A stretch of 64,000 nucleotides of DNA from an uncultured Acidobacteriota bacterium. GTDB taxonomy: Bacteria > Acidobacteriota > Thermoanaerobaculia > UBA5066 > Gp7-AA6. How positions within the stretch are numbered: the stretch's first letter is position 1; every line of letters begins with the position of its first letter. Shown here one piece after another: positions 22,056 through 35,500 of the stretch. The stretch spans positions 130,264-194,263 of the forward strand of contig CAVQCH010000002.1 in assembly GCA_963710945.1 (NCBI GenBank), in the 5' to 3' direction. The position numbers and the translations under genes are program-made. Under the pieces are notes generated by a model. The model saw nothing but the letters and a program-made list of their open reading frames with translations. It made no database searches and had not been told where the DNA came from.

Positions 22056-23250
22056 TCAAGTTTCGAGGGCTCGTCCCCGGGCCGTCCGGACTCCGAAAAC
22101 CGCGAGCGCGACGCTGGCGGCGAGGGCGATCGCCGCGCCGATGAGGAACGCGACGCGCGGACCGAATGCCTTCCACCAGACGCCGAAAAGGACCGACGCC
22201 GGAAGCGCCGCCAGGCCCACGCTCGCGTGGAACGCCCCGAACGCCTTTCCCCGAAAGCCCGCCGGCGCGAGGTCGGCGACGAGGGCCCGCTCCGCCCCTT
22301 CCGTCAGGGCGTAGAAGAGGGCATAGAACGCGAAGAGTCCCCAGATCTGCCCGGCGCCGGCGGCGTAGCCGAAGCCGACGTACGAGACCGCGTAGACGAC
22401 CCAGCCGGCGATGATGGTCCGGACCCTGCCGAGCCGGTCCGCGAGGATTCCGCCGGGAACGCCGGCGGCCGCCTTGACCCCGTTGAAGAGTGCCCAGAGA
22501 AGCGGCAGCTGCCACAGGGCGACGCCGCAGTCGCTGGCGCGTAGCAGCAGAAAGGCGTCCGTCGAGCTCGCCAGCGTGAAGAGGACGAAGATGCCGATGA
22601 CGGCCCGCAGGCGCCCGGGCAGAGGGCCGGCCGCGGCGGCGGACTTTCCCTGCGGGCTCCGAATCTCGCGCGGGGCTTCGTGCACCTTGAAAACGAGGAG
22701 GGCGACGGCGAGCAACCCCGGTATCGCGGCCAGCAGGAAGACGGAGCGCTCGTCGGTGAAGACGAACCGGAGCAGCGCGGCGGCGAGGAGGGGCCCCGCC
22801 ACGGCGCCCGCGTTGTCCATCGCGCGCTGCAGGCCGTAGGCGCGGCCCCGATTCGCGGGCTCGACCATGTCGGCCAGAAGGGCGTCGCGCGGCGACGTGC
22901 GGATTCCCTTGCCGACACGGTCGGCGAATCGCACCGCCAGGACCTGGCCCCACGCGGAGGCGAGGCCGACGAGCGGCCGGACGACGGCCGCGATCGAGTA
23001 GCCGGCGACGACGATCGGCTTGCGGCGCCGCACGCGATCGGACCACCAGTCCGGAGAGCATCTTCATGAACGAGGCGGTCGTCTCGGCTATCCCCTCGAT
23101 GAGGCCGAGAGCGGCGGGCCCGGCGTGCAGCGTGCGGGCAAGGAAATCCGGAAGGAGGGGATAGATCATGTCGGAGGCGACGTCCGACAGGAACGACACC
23201 CAACCGAGAGCGTACACGCCTCGATTCAGGCGCTCTCTTTGTATGGCCAT
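22056..23250 (-). CDS. MFS transporter (one frameshift near 23050)
   Basis: SFLSDVASDMIYPLLP, DRVGKGIRTSPRDALLAD and GILADRLGR motifs. Confidence 0.88.
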
Positions 23251-23290
23251 ATTTAATTAGGTATTTTAGTAATTTATACTAAATTTATTA
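23251..23290. promoter_or_regulatory. 90% AT divergent promoter/operator between MFS and recO
   Basis: Only 4 G/C in 40 nt. Inverted repeat TTTAGTA-N5-TACTAAA at 23265-23283. Confidence 0.55.
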
Positions 23291-23329
23291 GGAACGAGTT
23301 CTTGGCCGCCGCGTCATCATAATCGCGGC

Positions 23330-24067
23330 GTGCGCCTCCACTCCTCCGATTCCTTCGTCCTCGGAACGCACGCCCTCAAGGAGACCGACCGGATCGTTTC
23401 CTTTCTGACGCGCGACGCCGGCAAGAAGCGCGGCGTCGCGAAAGGCGCCCGCCGCCCGCGGAGCGCCTTTTCCGGCGCCCTCGAGCCGATGACGGAAGCC
23501 CGGATCGTCTACTACGAGAAGGAAGGGCGCGAGCTCGTCTCGATCAACGCCGTGGACCCGATCCGCCCCTCGTTCTCCCTGGCGAAGGAGCTCGAGAAGG
23601 GACTTCTGCTCTCGACGCTCGCCGAGAGCCTCGAGACGTTCGTCTCGGAGTCCGATCCAGCCGAGCCCTTCTACCGCCTGGCCCGCCACACCATGGATGC
23701 GCTCTTCGGCGGCGCGCCGGCGCCGCTCGCGGCGGCTTACTTCGACGTCTGGATTCTCAAGCTCTCGGGCCTGTTTCCCTCACCGCGCGAGTGCGCCGGC
23801 TGCGGGCGCGCGCTCGAAGAGTCCGAGCCGCTGCTCTTCGACGAGCGCCGGCCCGGCTTCGTCGGCCCCGAGTGCCGCCAGGGCGAGACACTGCGCCTGA
23901 CGGCGGACGCCCAGTTGACTCTCGCGGGCTTTCTTTCCGCCCCCCTCGATCCCGCGGCTCGTCCTAAAGGCCTCCACGAGATCGCCCGCATCGCCCGCCT
24001 CGCCCGGCGGCACTTCCTCGGGCACGAGCTCAAGAGCCAGCGGGTGCTCGCCGAGGTTCTGGGATAG
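23330..24067 (+). CDS. recO: DNA repair protein RecO
   Basis: ETDRIVSFLTRDAGKKRGVAKGARR and Zn motifs CAGC/GPEC. Precedes glyQS. Confidence 0.92.
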   Translation: MRLHSSDSFVLGTHALKETDRIVSFLTRDAGKKRGVAKGARRPRSAFSGALEPMTEARIVYYEKEGRELVSINAVDPIRPSFSLAKELEKGLLLSTLAESLETFVSESDPAEPFYRLARHTMDALFGGAPAPLAAAYFDVWILKLSGLFPSPRECAGCGRALEESEPLLFDERRPGFVGPECRQGETLRLTADAQLTLAGFLSAPLDPAARPKGLHEIARIARLARRHFLGHELKSQRVLAEVLG

Positions 24068-24092
24068 AAAAAATTGCTCCCGCCGCGGGAGC
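24068..24092 (-). terminator. Intrinsic terminator, U-tract on the minus strand
   Basis: GCTCCCG-N3-CGGGAGC followed on the minus strand by AATTTTTT. Confidence 0.5.
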
Positions 24093-24390
24093 CCTCGACC
24101 TATCTTGCGGCGGCGCCATGCGCAGCGGCGTCCAGCGCGCTCCGGCGTTCTCGCTCTTGAGGACGCCCAGGTGCGTCGCGGCATGCACGACCTCCTCGAC
24201 GTGCCATCCTCCCTTCGTCCGGAAAGCCGGACGGATATTCAATTGCCTTGGGTATCTAGTTCCCGCTGGGGCAAGGGCGTTACGGCGCCCCGGGCGAATG
24301 GCGCTCCCGGCTGCGATAAACTGCGGATAGTGTTTTTCGAGGAGATTTCTTCCCGTGCCTGACCGCCGCGGCCTTCCTCCGGAGGCCCAC

Positions 24391-25326
24391 ATGAAGCATG
24401 ACGCCCACTTCGTCGATTCGCTCTCGGAGCGCCTCGGCACGTTCACCCTCCAAAAGCTCATCCGGGAACTGACCGCGTTCTGGGAGGGGGAGGGTTGCCT
24501 GATCGAGCAGCCCTACGACCTTCCGGTGGGGGCGGGGACCATGCACCCGGCGACGTTCCTCCGGGTCCTGGGGCCCGACCCCTGGCGCTGCGCCTACGTG
24601 CAGCCATCGCGGCGTCCGGCGGACGGCCGGTACGGCGAAAACCCGATGCGCCTCGGCAAGCACATGCAGCTCCAGGTCGTCCTGAAGCCCTCGCCGGACG
24701 ACGTCCAGGAGATGTACCTGAGAAGCCTCCAGCGGCTCGGCGTCGTCCTCGCCGACCACGACGTCCGCTTCGAGGAGGACAACTGGGAATCGCCGACCCT
24801 CGGCGCGTGGGGCGTCGGCTGGCAGGTCGTCATGGACGGGATGGAGATCACCCAGTTCACGTACTTCCAGCAGGCCGGCGGCATCGACCTGGCTCCGGTG
24901 ACGGCCGAGATCACCTACGGCCTCGAGCGGATCGCGATGTTCCTGGCCAAGGCGAACTCGGTCTTCGACGTGATGTGGAACGACACCCTCTCGTATGGGC
25001 AGGTCCGCCGGCGCGACGAGGTCGAGCTCTCCCGGTACGACTTCGAGCTCGCGGACGTGGAGCTCGCGACGCTGATGCTCGATCGCCACGAGAAGGAGGC
25101 GAAGCGCTGCCTCGAGGCGGGGCTCGTCCTGCCGGCCTACGAGGCGACGCTCGTCTGCTCGCACCAGTTCAACATCCTCGACGCGCGCGGGGCGGTTTCC
25201 GCCACCGACCGGGTCGGCATCGTTCGCCGGATCCGCGAGCTCGCCTGCGCCTGCGCGCGGGCCTACGTTTCCGGGAAAGAAGGACAGCGGTTCCCGCTCT
25301 CGGAGCCGGAGCCGGCGGCGGTTTGA
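24391..25326 (+). CDS. glyQ: Glycine-tRNA ligase alpha subunit
   Basis: [39 protein letters not shown] and ITYGLERI motifs. SD GGAGG. Confidence 0.96.
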   Translation: MKHDAHFVDSLSERLGTFTLQKLIRELTAFWEGEGCLIEQPYDLPVGAGTMHPATFLRVLGPDPWRCAYVQPSRRPADGRYGENPMRLGKHMQLQVVLKPSPDDVQEMYLRSLQRLGVVLADHDVRFEEDNWESPTLGAWGVGWQVVMDGMEITQFTYFQQAGGIDLAPVTAEITYGLERIAMFLAKANSVFDVMWNDTLSYGQVRRRDEVELSRYDFELADVELATLMLDRHEKEAKRCLEAGLVLPAYEATLVCSHQFNILDARGAVSATDRVGIVRRIRELACACARAYVSGKEGQRFPLSEPEPAAV

Positions 25327-25381
25327 GGGGTCGCGCATCGAGCGGCCGGCCGGGAAGGTCCCGGCGGCGAAGCAATCCAGA

Positions 25382-27456
25382 GTGAAGACGCAGGACTTTC
25401 TTTTCGAGATCCGGACGGAGGAGATCCCGGCACCGGCGCTGCTGCCGGCGCGCACGGAGCTCGCCCGCCGACTTTCGGACACGCTCGCCGAGGAAGGCCT
25501 GACGCCCCTGTCGGCCGAGTCCTACGCGACGCCCCGGCGCCTGGCGGTGATCGTGCGCGGGCTTCCCGAGCGGCAGGAAGACCGGTCGACCGAGGTCCTC
25601 GGGCCGCCGGCCGCCAGCGCGTACGGCGCGGACGGAATGCCCACGAAGGCCGCCGAAGGTTTCGCGAAGGCGCAGAAGGTGGATGTCGGCGATCTCGTCG
25701 TCGTGGATTCGCCGCGCGGCAAGACGGTCGCCGCCCGCCGCGTCGTCCCGGGCCGGGACGCCGCCGAGGTGCTAACGGAGGTCGTGCCGCGGATCGTGGC
25801 CGCGCTGACGTTTCCGAAGACGATGCGGTGGGGAGCGGGCGACCGCTCGTTCGTGCGTCCCGTGCGGGGCGTCGTCGCCCTGCTGGGCTCCCGGGTCGTG
25901 CCGATGGAGCTGTACGGGCAGGAGGCCGGCAACCGGACTCTCGGCCACCGCGTCCTGTCCGACGGCGAGATCACGCTCGCCGGGCCGGACGACTACCTCG
26001 CCAAGCTGCGCCAGGCCTTCGTCGAGCCCGACGGAGAAGCGCGCCGCATCCGGATTCTCGAGAAGGCGCGCCGCCTCGCGGCCGACGTCGGCGGGCAGAT
26101 CGAGGCCCACGCGGATCTCGCCGCCACGCTGGCGGACCTCGTCGAGTGGCCCGGCCTCGTGCGCGGCGCCTTCGCGTCGGAGTTCCTGGATCTGCCCGAA
26201 GAGATCACGATCACGGCGATGCGCACGCACCAGAAGTACCTGCCGGTGCGCGGCCCGTCGGGCCTGCTGCCGCACTTCATCGCGGTGATGGACAACGACG
26301 AGGATCGCCAGGGCCTCGTCGCCAAGGGAAGCGAGTGGGTGCTCAACGCGCGACTGGCCGACGCGCGGTTTTTCTTCGAAGCAGACGTCCACGAGAGGCT
26401 GGAGGCGCGCCTGCCGCTCCTCTCGCGCCTGACCTTCCAGGACAAGCTCGGGGACTACCGGCAGAAGACGAGCCGCATCCAGGACGTGGCCGAGGAGATC
26501 GCGAAGCTCGTCGGGCGCGCGGACCTGGTCGAGACCGTCCGGACGGCGGCGCTGCTTTCGAAGGCGGATCTCGACACGCTCGTCGTCAAGGAATTCACGG
26601 ACCTCCAGGGGGTCATGGGCGGCATCTACGCGCGGCGCGAACGCTACCCGGACGCCGTGTGGAAGGCGGTGTACGACCAGTACCGGCCCGCCTCGGGCAC
26701 CGACGATCCGCCGCGCGAGGCCTCGGGCGCGATCCTGTCGCTCGCCGACCGGTTCGACTCGCTGTGCGGCCTCTTCCGCGTCGGCCTCGTGCCGACGGGC
26801 TCGAAGGACCCGTACGGCCTTCGGCGGGCGGCGCTCGGCGTCGTGTCGATCGCGATCGCGAGGAATTGGCGCACCGACTGGAGGCCGATCGTCCGCAAGG
26901 GGCTCTCGCTCTTCCCGGCCGAGCTGAAGGGCCCGGGCACCGAGCAGACGCTCGAGGAGCTCGGCCGCTTTTTCGCCGACCGCATGCGCAGTCTCCTCGA
27001 GCGCCGCGGCCACCCCCACGACGAGATCTCGGCCGTCTTGAACGTCGATGTGTGGGACTTCGCGGACGCCGCCGACCGGGCGCGCGCCCTTTCCGAGGCG
27101 CGGCGGCACATGGACTTCAAGGCCCTCATCCTCGCGTTCAAGCGCATCCGCAACATCGTCGGGTCGGAGAGCCCCGGCGCGCCGCGCCCCGAGCTCTACC
27201 GCGAGGAAGCGGAGCGAGCTCTTGCCGCCGACTTCGCGCAGGCGAGACAGGCGATCGCGGGATTCGTCCAGGAGCGTCACTACCCCGAGGCGATGGAGAC
27301 GATCGCGTCGATCGCGCCGTCGCTCGACCGATTCTTCGTGGACGTCCTGGTCAACTGCCCGGAAGAGGACCTGCGTCGAAACCGGCTGGCGCTGCTCGCC
27401 GCCATCCAGCGGGAATTCACGGCCCTGGCCGACTTTTCGGAAATCGTGGTGGAAAA

Positions 27457-27460
<4 letters not shown>
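25382..27460 (+). CDS. glyS: Glycine-tRNA ligase beta subunit
   Basis: FEIRTEEIP, TPRRLAV, NARLADARFFF and GSKDPYGLRR motifs. Confidence 0.95.
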
Positions 27461-30177
<2,717 letters not shown>

Positions 30178-30187
30178 GGGAGGAAGA

Positions 30188-31834
30188 ATGTTGGCGACGA
30201 TCCTGATGGCGGCCATGATTGCCACAGTCCCCGCCGAACCGGCCGATCTCGTTCTCGTGTCCGCGAAGATCTGGACGGGCGATTCGAAGAACCCCGAGGC
30301 GGAGGCCCTGGCGGTGCGCGGCGGCCGGATCGTCGCGGTCGGCATGAACAGGGAGATCGAGGCGCTCAAGGGGCCGAAGACCGTCGTCATCGACGGCAAG
30401 TGGCGCCGCGTCGTGCCGGGGTTCATCGATTGCCACACGCACATGTCCGGCGGCGGCTTCGACCTGCTCGCGGTGGACCTGCGCAAGGCCGTGGACCCCG
30501 CGGACTTCACCCGGATTCTCGCGGCCTACGCGAAGACGCGACCCGCGGGGGAGTGGCTGACCGACGGCGCGTGGGACGAGACGCGGTGGACGCCGCCCGT
30601 CCTGCCGACGAAGGCCCTGCTCGACCCGGCCACGGGCGACCACCCCGCGTGCCTCTCGCGCCAGGACGGTCACATGATGGTGTGCAACAGCCTGGCGCTG
30701 AAGATCGCGGGCGTCACGGCGGCGACGGCCGATCCGCCGGGCGGCGTGATCGTCCGGGACGCGAAGGGCGAGCCGACGGGCGCCCTCAAGGACGGCGCGA
30801 TGGAGCTCGTGTGGGCGAAACGGCCGCCGCGCTCGCCGGCCGAGATGGCCGCCGCGCTGCGAGCCGCGATGAAGCACGTCGCGCAGTACGGCGTGACGTC
30901 GGTGCAGGACCTTCCGGGCACGGCGGCGGACGTCCTGGCCTGGGCGTCTCTGCGCGACGCCGGGGAGATGACCGTGCGGGTCAACTTCCGGCCCTCGCTC
31001 TCCGACTGGCAGAAAGCGAAGGAGCTCCAGTCCTCGATGAAGAACGACGACTGGTTCCGCATCGGCGGCGTCAAGGGCTTCATGGACGGCTCCCTCGGGT
31101 CCGGCACGGCCGTCATGTTCGAGGGATTCAGCGACGAGCCCGGCAACCGCGGCGTCTACGCCTCCGAGGCCATCCCCCTTTCGGCGATCGAGGGCCGGAT
31201 CGCGGGCGCGGACAAGGCCGGCCTGCAGGTCGAAGTCCACGCGATCGGCGACCGGGCCAACTCGGAGCTGCTCGACATCTACCAGCGCGTCGAGAAGCAG
31301 AACGGGCCGCGCGACCGGCGCTTCCGCATCGAGCACGCCCAGCACCTGCGCGCTTCGGACATTCCGCGCTTCGCCGAGCTCGGCGTCATCGCCTCCATGC
31401 AGCCGTACCACGCCGTGGACGACGGCCGCTGGGCGGACAAGCGCCTCGGCCCGGAGCGCGCGCGCACGACGTACGCCTTCCGGACGCTGCTCGACGACAA
31501 GGCGACTCTCGCGTTCGGTTCGGACTGGGACGTCGCCCCGATCTCGCCCGTCCTCGGGATCGCCGCCGCCGTCACGCGGCGCACGATCGACGGCAAAAAC
31601 CCCGGCGGCTGGGTCCCCGAGCAGAAGATCTCGGTCGAGGAGGCGCTGCGCGCCTACACCGTCTCGGCCGCCTACGCGGGATTTGAGGAAAAGGAGAAGG
31701 GGTCGCTCGAGCCCGGCAAGCTCGGCGACTTCGTCATCCTGTCCTCGGACCTCCTCCGGGCGAAGCCCGAGGACATCGACAAGATCACGGTCGACACGAC
31801 CGTCGTCGGCGGGCGGTTGGTGTACTCGAAGTAG
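30188..31834 (+). CDS. Amidohydrolase family 3 (YtcJ-like), exported
   Basis: PGFIDCHTH, HAIGDRA, RIEHAQ, FGSDW and GKLGDFVIL motifs. Confidence 0.9.
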   Translation: MLATILMAAMIATVPAEPADLVLVSAKIWTGDSKNPEAEALAVRGGRIVAVGMNREIEALKGPKTVVIDGKWRRVVPGFIDCHTHMSGGGFDLLAVDLRKAVDPADFTRILAAYAKTRPAGEWLTDGAWDETRWTPPVLPTKALLDPATGDHPACLSRQDGHMMVCNSLALKIAGVTAATADPPGGVIVRDAKGEPTGALKDGAMELVWAKRPPRSPAEMAAALRAAMKHVAQYGVTSVQDLPGTAADVLAWASLRDAGEMTVRVNFRPSLSDWQKAKELQSSMKNDDWFRIGGVKGFMDGSLGSGTAVMFEGFSDEPGNRGVYASEAIPLSAIEGRIAGADKAGLQVEVHAIGDRANSELLDIYQRVEKQNGPRDRRFRIEHAQHLRASDIPRFAELGVIASMQPYHAVDDGRWADKRLGPERARTTYAFRTLLDDKATLAFGSDWDVAPISPVLGIAAAVTRRTIDGKNPGGWVPEQKISVEEALRAYTVSAAYAGFEEKEKGSLEPGKLGDFVILSSDLLRAKPEDIDKITVDTTVVGGRLVYSK

Positions 31835-31843
31835 TCGGGGAGC

Positions 31844-31867
31844 GGGACAGATTCAAGGTCTGACCCC
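31844..31867. repeat. REP-like palindrome GGGACAGA-N7-TCTGACCC
   Basis: Imperfect inverted repeat between convergent genes at the edge of the Rhs block. Related to the element at 54957. Confidence 0.5.
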
Positions 31868-31889
31868 GGCCATTCACGAAGCGTCCGGA

Positions 31890-32435
31890 TCATGGCTCGG
31901 TGACGATCACCCCATTGAGCTCGCAGATGTAGGCTACGAACCTTCCGTCCGGCGAGACCGCCAGACTGTGACAGTTCTCGAGGCCGCTTCTCCAGAGGAC
32001 GTTTGCGGGTCCGCCGCGCGGGGTAACGACCAGCTCGGTACTCAATTCGGTTTGCTTGAGTTCTACGGTCGTGCCGTTTTTCATTGCCACCTTCCGGGCG
32101 CCGTGATCGCCCGCCTTGTCCCACTTCGCGACCGCGCTTGCTTCGATCGGCGTCAGGGCGGAGCGCTTTGCGACACCGATCGCCTGTTCGTGCCAGGTGC
32201 CCGGCTCGAGGACGAGCGACTCGAGCTCGACCTTCATCCACCGCCCCTCGATGTTGGCGGCCAGCGCATCCCCTTCCAGAGACCAGACCGGGTACTCATC
32301 GACGGCCTGCGAAGAAATGACCAGGGCCGAACGAACCCCCAGGCGTCGCATCTCGGAAAAGACCCCGCGGTCGGCCATGGGCGTGTTTGTACAGGCGAGA
32401 AGACAAAATGTCGCAAGGGCTGGCTGGAACTTCAT
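31890..32435 (-). CDS. Lipoprotein, candidate immunity protein for the Rhs lipase toxin
   Basis: SD GGAGG, ATG at 32435, lipobox LLAC, C-terminal SPDGRFVAY. Directly downstream of the Rhs gene. Confidence 0.65.
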   Translation of the reverse strand: MKFQPALATFCLLACTNTPMADRGVFSEMRRLGVRSALVISSQAVDEYPVWSLEGDALAANIEGRWMKVELESLVLEPGTWHEQAIGVAKRSALTPIEASAVAKWDKAGDHGARKVAMKNGTTVELKQTELSTELVVTPRGGPANVLWRSGLENCHSLAVSPDGRFVAYICELNGVIVTEP

Positions 32436-32568
32436 CACTCCACCTCCGTCGGTTAGCCGTCGGGGATCTCGAGAACACTTGCGCCGATGAAGACACGCAG
32501 TCTCGGTCCTGCCCTGTAATCTTGAGGTGAGAGGTCGCTTCTCGTAGAGAGCTCTCTCTCGACACCAT

Positions 32569-35500
32569 TCAGTAATGGTCCCAGACGACGTCCTGACGAC
32601 GATCTGCCCTTTGGGTGGCATCGAGCTGCAAGTGCGGCAGAGTGAAGTCCCAGGCCCCCGGACTGTGGAGTCCTCCGTGGGACCCGACCGGCCCAGAGTC
32701 GACGTTCCAGTTGATATTGAGTGCATTTGGCTGAGTCCGCGCGGCCGGTCCGAATTCCGCCGGAGATTCGTAGTTGCCTCCGCCGCGTATCTGGACGCCA
32801 TCGAAAGAGTTGAGTACGTTGACGAAGTTGGCAACCGCTGAGGGGTCCTGAAGATGATAGCCGGGCCGGGAGGGCGCTCCCAGGGTGACCAGGTTGGACA
32901 CGGTTCGACCCAGGCCCACGTTGACGGCCAGGATTGCCACGTTCCCTCCGTGGCTATGCCCGATGATGTTCAGCTTTTCGCCAGGGGAAAAGTTGTATGC
33001 CTTGATGAAGCCGGCGAGATCGTTTGCCGCCTTGACTCGTGCGTGATGGTTGTCGGCCCCCGACCATTGGAACGATGCGTACGCCCGATCGGGTACCGTG
33101 CTGACGACGTGTTCGTAGAAGCGTCCGCCCTGGCGGAAGTCCGCGCTTCCGCGAGCGTCGGTACCGTGAACGAGCACGGTCAGCAGCCCGTCCGGATCGA
33201 TGTGCTTCATCGGGTTCCCGAGCGTGTATGCGTACCGATTCCAGGTTTGAGGATTGCCGGGACTTCCGCCCACCCGATCCGGGCTCAGGAACCGGCCCAT
33301 CCCGTGATCGTGCGTGCGCGCGTGATCGTAGTAACGCGTCGCGCCCGCGTCCTTCTCCATGAGGCAGAACGACAGGGACTGGGCCGGCGGCACGCCGCTC
33401 GTCTCCTCGCCGTAGGGCCAGTACTTGTGCGTCTCGAGGAGCTGGCCGGATTGGTTGAAGACGACACGGGGGCTGCCGAGGTGATCGGAGGTCGTGTACT
33501 GCCAGCCGGCAGGAGACGCGACGTAGGAAGCGACGAGCGTGTTGCCGAGGAACACGTTGTCCCGGGTCACCGATAGCGTGGCCGTCGCGGATCCGCCGGT
33601 GCCTCCCGCCATTTCCGTCACGATGCGGTTCTGTTCGTCGCGAAAAGTATAGATCGACCCGCGGGGCACCGGGTGGTACGCGGCGGCCCAGGCGACGCCG
33701 CCGGGAACGGCCGGAGTCTTCGCCATCCATACCAGGATCTGCCAGGAGGTGACGTTGCTGCCCGGGCAGAACTGGAGGGGGCTCGTGCTGCAGCCGGAGG
33801 TGATCCCCTCGCTGTACAGCGTCTCGATGTACGGCGCGAACGCCGCGTAGGGGCCGGAGCAGGTCACGTCCGTGAAGATCCCGCGGCAGGCCGGCGCCGC
33901 GTACGGCTCGGGCTTGTAGCCCTTGACGACGAAGGCGGCCATCTGCGCGCGGGTGACCGGCGCGTCGGGACAGAAGTCGGATCCGTTGCAGCCTGCGGCG
34001 ACGCCGTGGATGTACAGGCTCTGGATGTAGTTCGCGTCCGGATCCGAGCAGGGCGGGTTGGTGAACGCCGATCCGGTGCAGGGATTCGGGGCGCTCGACC
34101 ATCCCGACTTGCCCGCGGCCTTGTTGGCCTCGGTGATCAGCCGCGCCATTTCGCGCCGCAGGACGGAGGACGCCCCTGGAAACTTCGCGATCCGTTCCCC
34201 CGCGCCGTTGAAGAGAAACACCCAGTCGCTCGATGCGTTCGTGTTGCGGTACTGGCGGTCGAGGCCGTCCCAGGCCATCGTGTCGCCGTTGTAGGCGGTC
34301 AGGTTGCCGCGCGAATCGTAGGACGCGCCCCAGCTCGTGACGCGGTTGGTGGCCGGGTCGATCGCGATCGAGCCGCCGTTTTGCGTCAGATTCCCGTAGC
34401 GATCGTAGGCGAACGTGCGGGGCGTGGAACCGTACTTCGCCGACGACAGTCGGGACCGCGAGTCGTAGGTGAATGCGTCCGAAGCGCCGATCTTGAGGAC
34501 GTTGCCGCCGCCGTCGTAGCCGTAGGCGCCGCTCGACCAGAGCGAGTTCGAGATGCTCGCGGGGCGCGGGAGCATCGTCGCGTCCTGGGCGATGATGGTG
34601 ACCATCGGTGCGCCGGAATTGCCCGCCGTCCACGAGGCGAGGCCGGCCGCGGGGTTCCAGGCCGCGGCCGTGACGACCCCGACGCCGTTGGCGCTGATCG
34701 CGGTGGGCAGGCCGTTCGTGTACGTGTCCGCGACCGTGAAGCTTCCGGTCGAGCGCGGATGGCCGTGACTCGACACGAGGCCGAGATTCCCGTAGGAGAA
34801 GGTCTGCGACGCGGACGCGGCGAGGTCGCCGTTGCCGACGGCGGCCGTCAGCTTCGAGAGCCGGCCGCCCGCGTCGGAGTACTCGAACTGCTCGTCCACC
34901 ACGGGGCCGGCCGTCGGGATCCAGTTGTAGCCGTAGCGCCGCGTGAGCTTTCCACCCGGGTAGGCGCCGCCGGCGGATCCGGGGCTGCCGTCCACGCACG
35001 CGCCCGCGCCGTCGTAGCAGTTGACGACGTGCTTCGAGCCGCCCGCATCCTCCTCGACGGACCGTCCGGCGAAGTCGAACTTGCGCGCGACGACGAGGCC
35101 GCCCGGGCGCGTTTCCTTCAGGACGTTTCCGAGGCTGCCGATGCCGTCGTAGGAGACGGCCCCGCCCTCGGGCGTCGTCTCGGAGCGCAGGAAGCCGTTG
35201 GCGTCGTAGCCGAACGTGCGACCCTGGGCTCCCTGCGTCACGGACGTCAGCTTGCCGTTGACGTCGTAGCCGTAGGTCGTGCTCTCGCCGGTCGGCTCGG
35301 TGAGCTTCGTCAGACGGCCGAAGGCGTCGTGCTCGGCCGTGGATACGGGGTTCAAGCCCCCCGACGCGCAGGTCGCCTGCCCGAGGTTCGCGAACTGGGC
35401 GTTGACGCAGTAGGTTTTCACGGCCTCGCTCGTGTCGCTGTAGGGCTCCGCCCCGTCCGTGCGGTCCACGGTGTGCAGGCTCGAGTGCTTCGCGCCGACG

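Noticed and set aside
24210-24390. T-box or glycine riboswitch upstream of glyQ
   Set aside because: No T-box, specifier loop or glycine-aptamer consensus is visible.
32436-32834. 314-aa version of the immunity ORF overlapping the toxin tip
   Set aside because: A strong SD and a lipoprotein signal begin at ATG 32435. The extension has no recognisable features.
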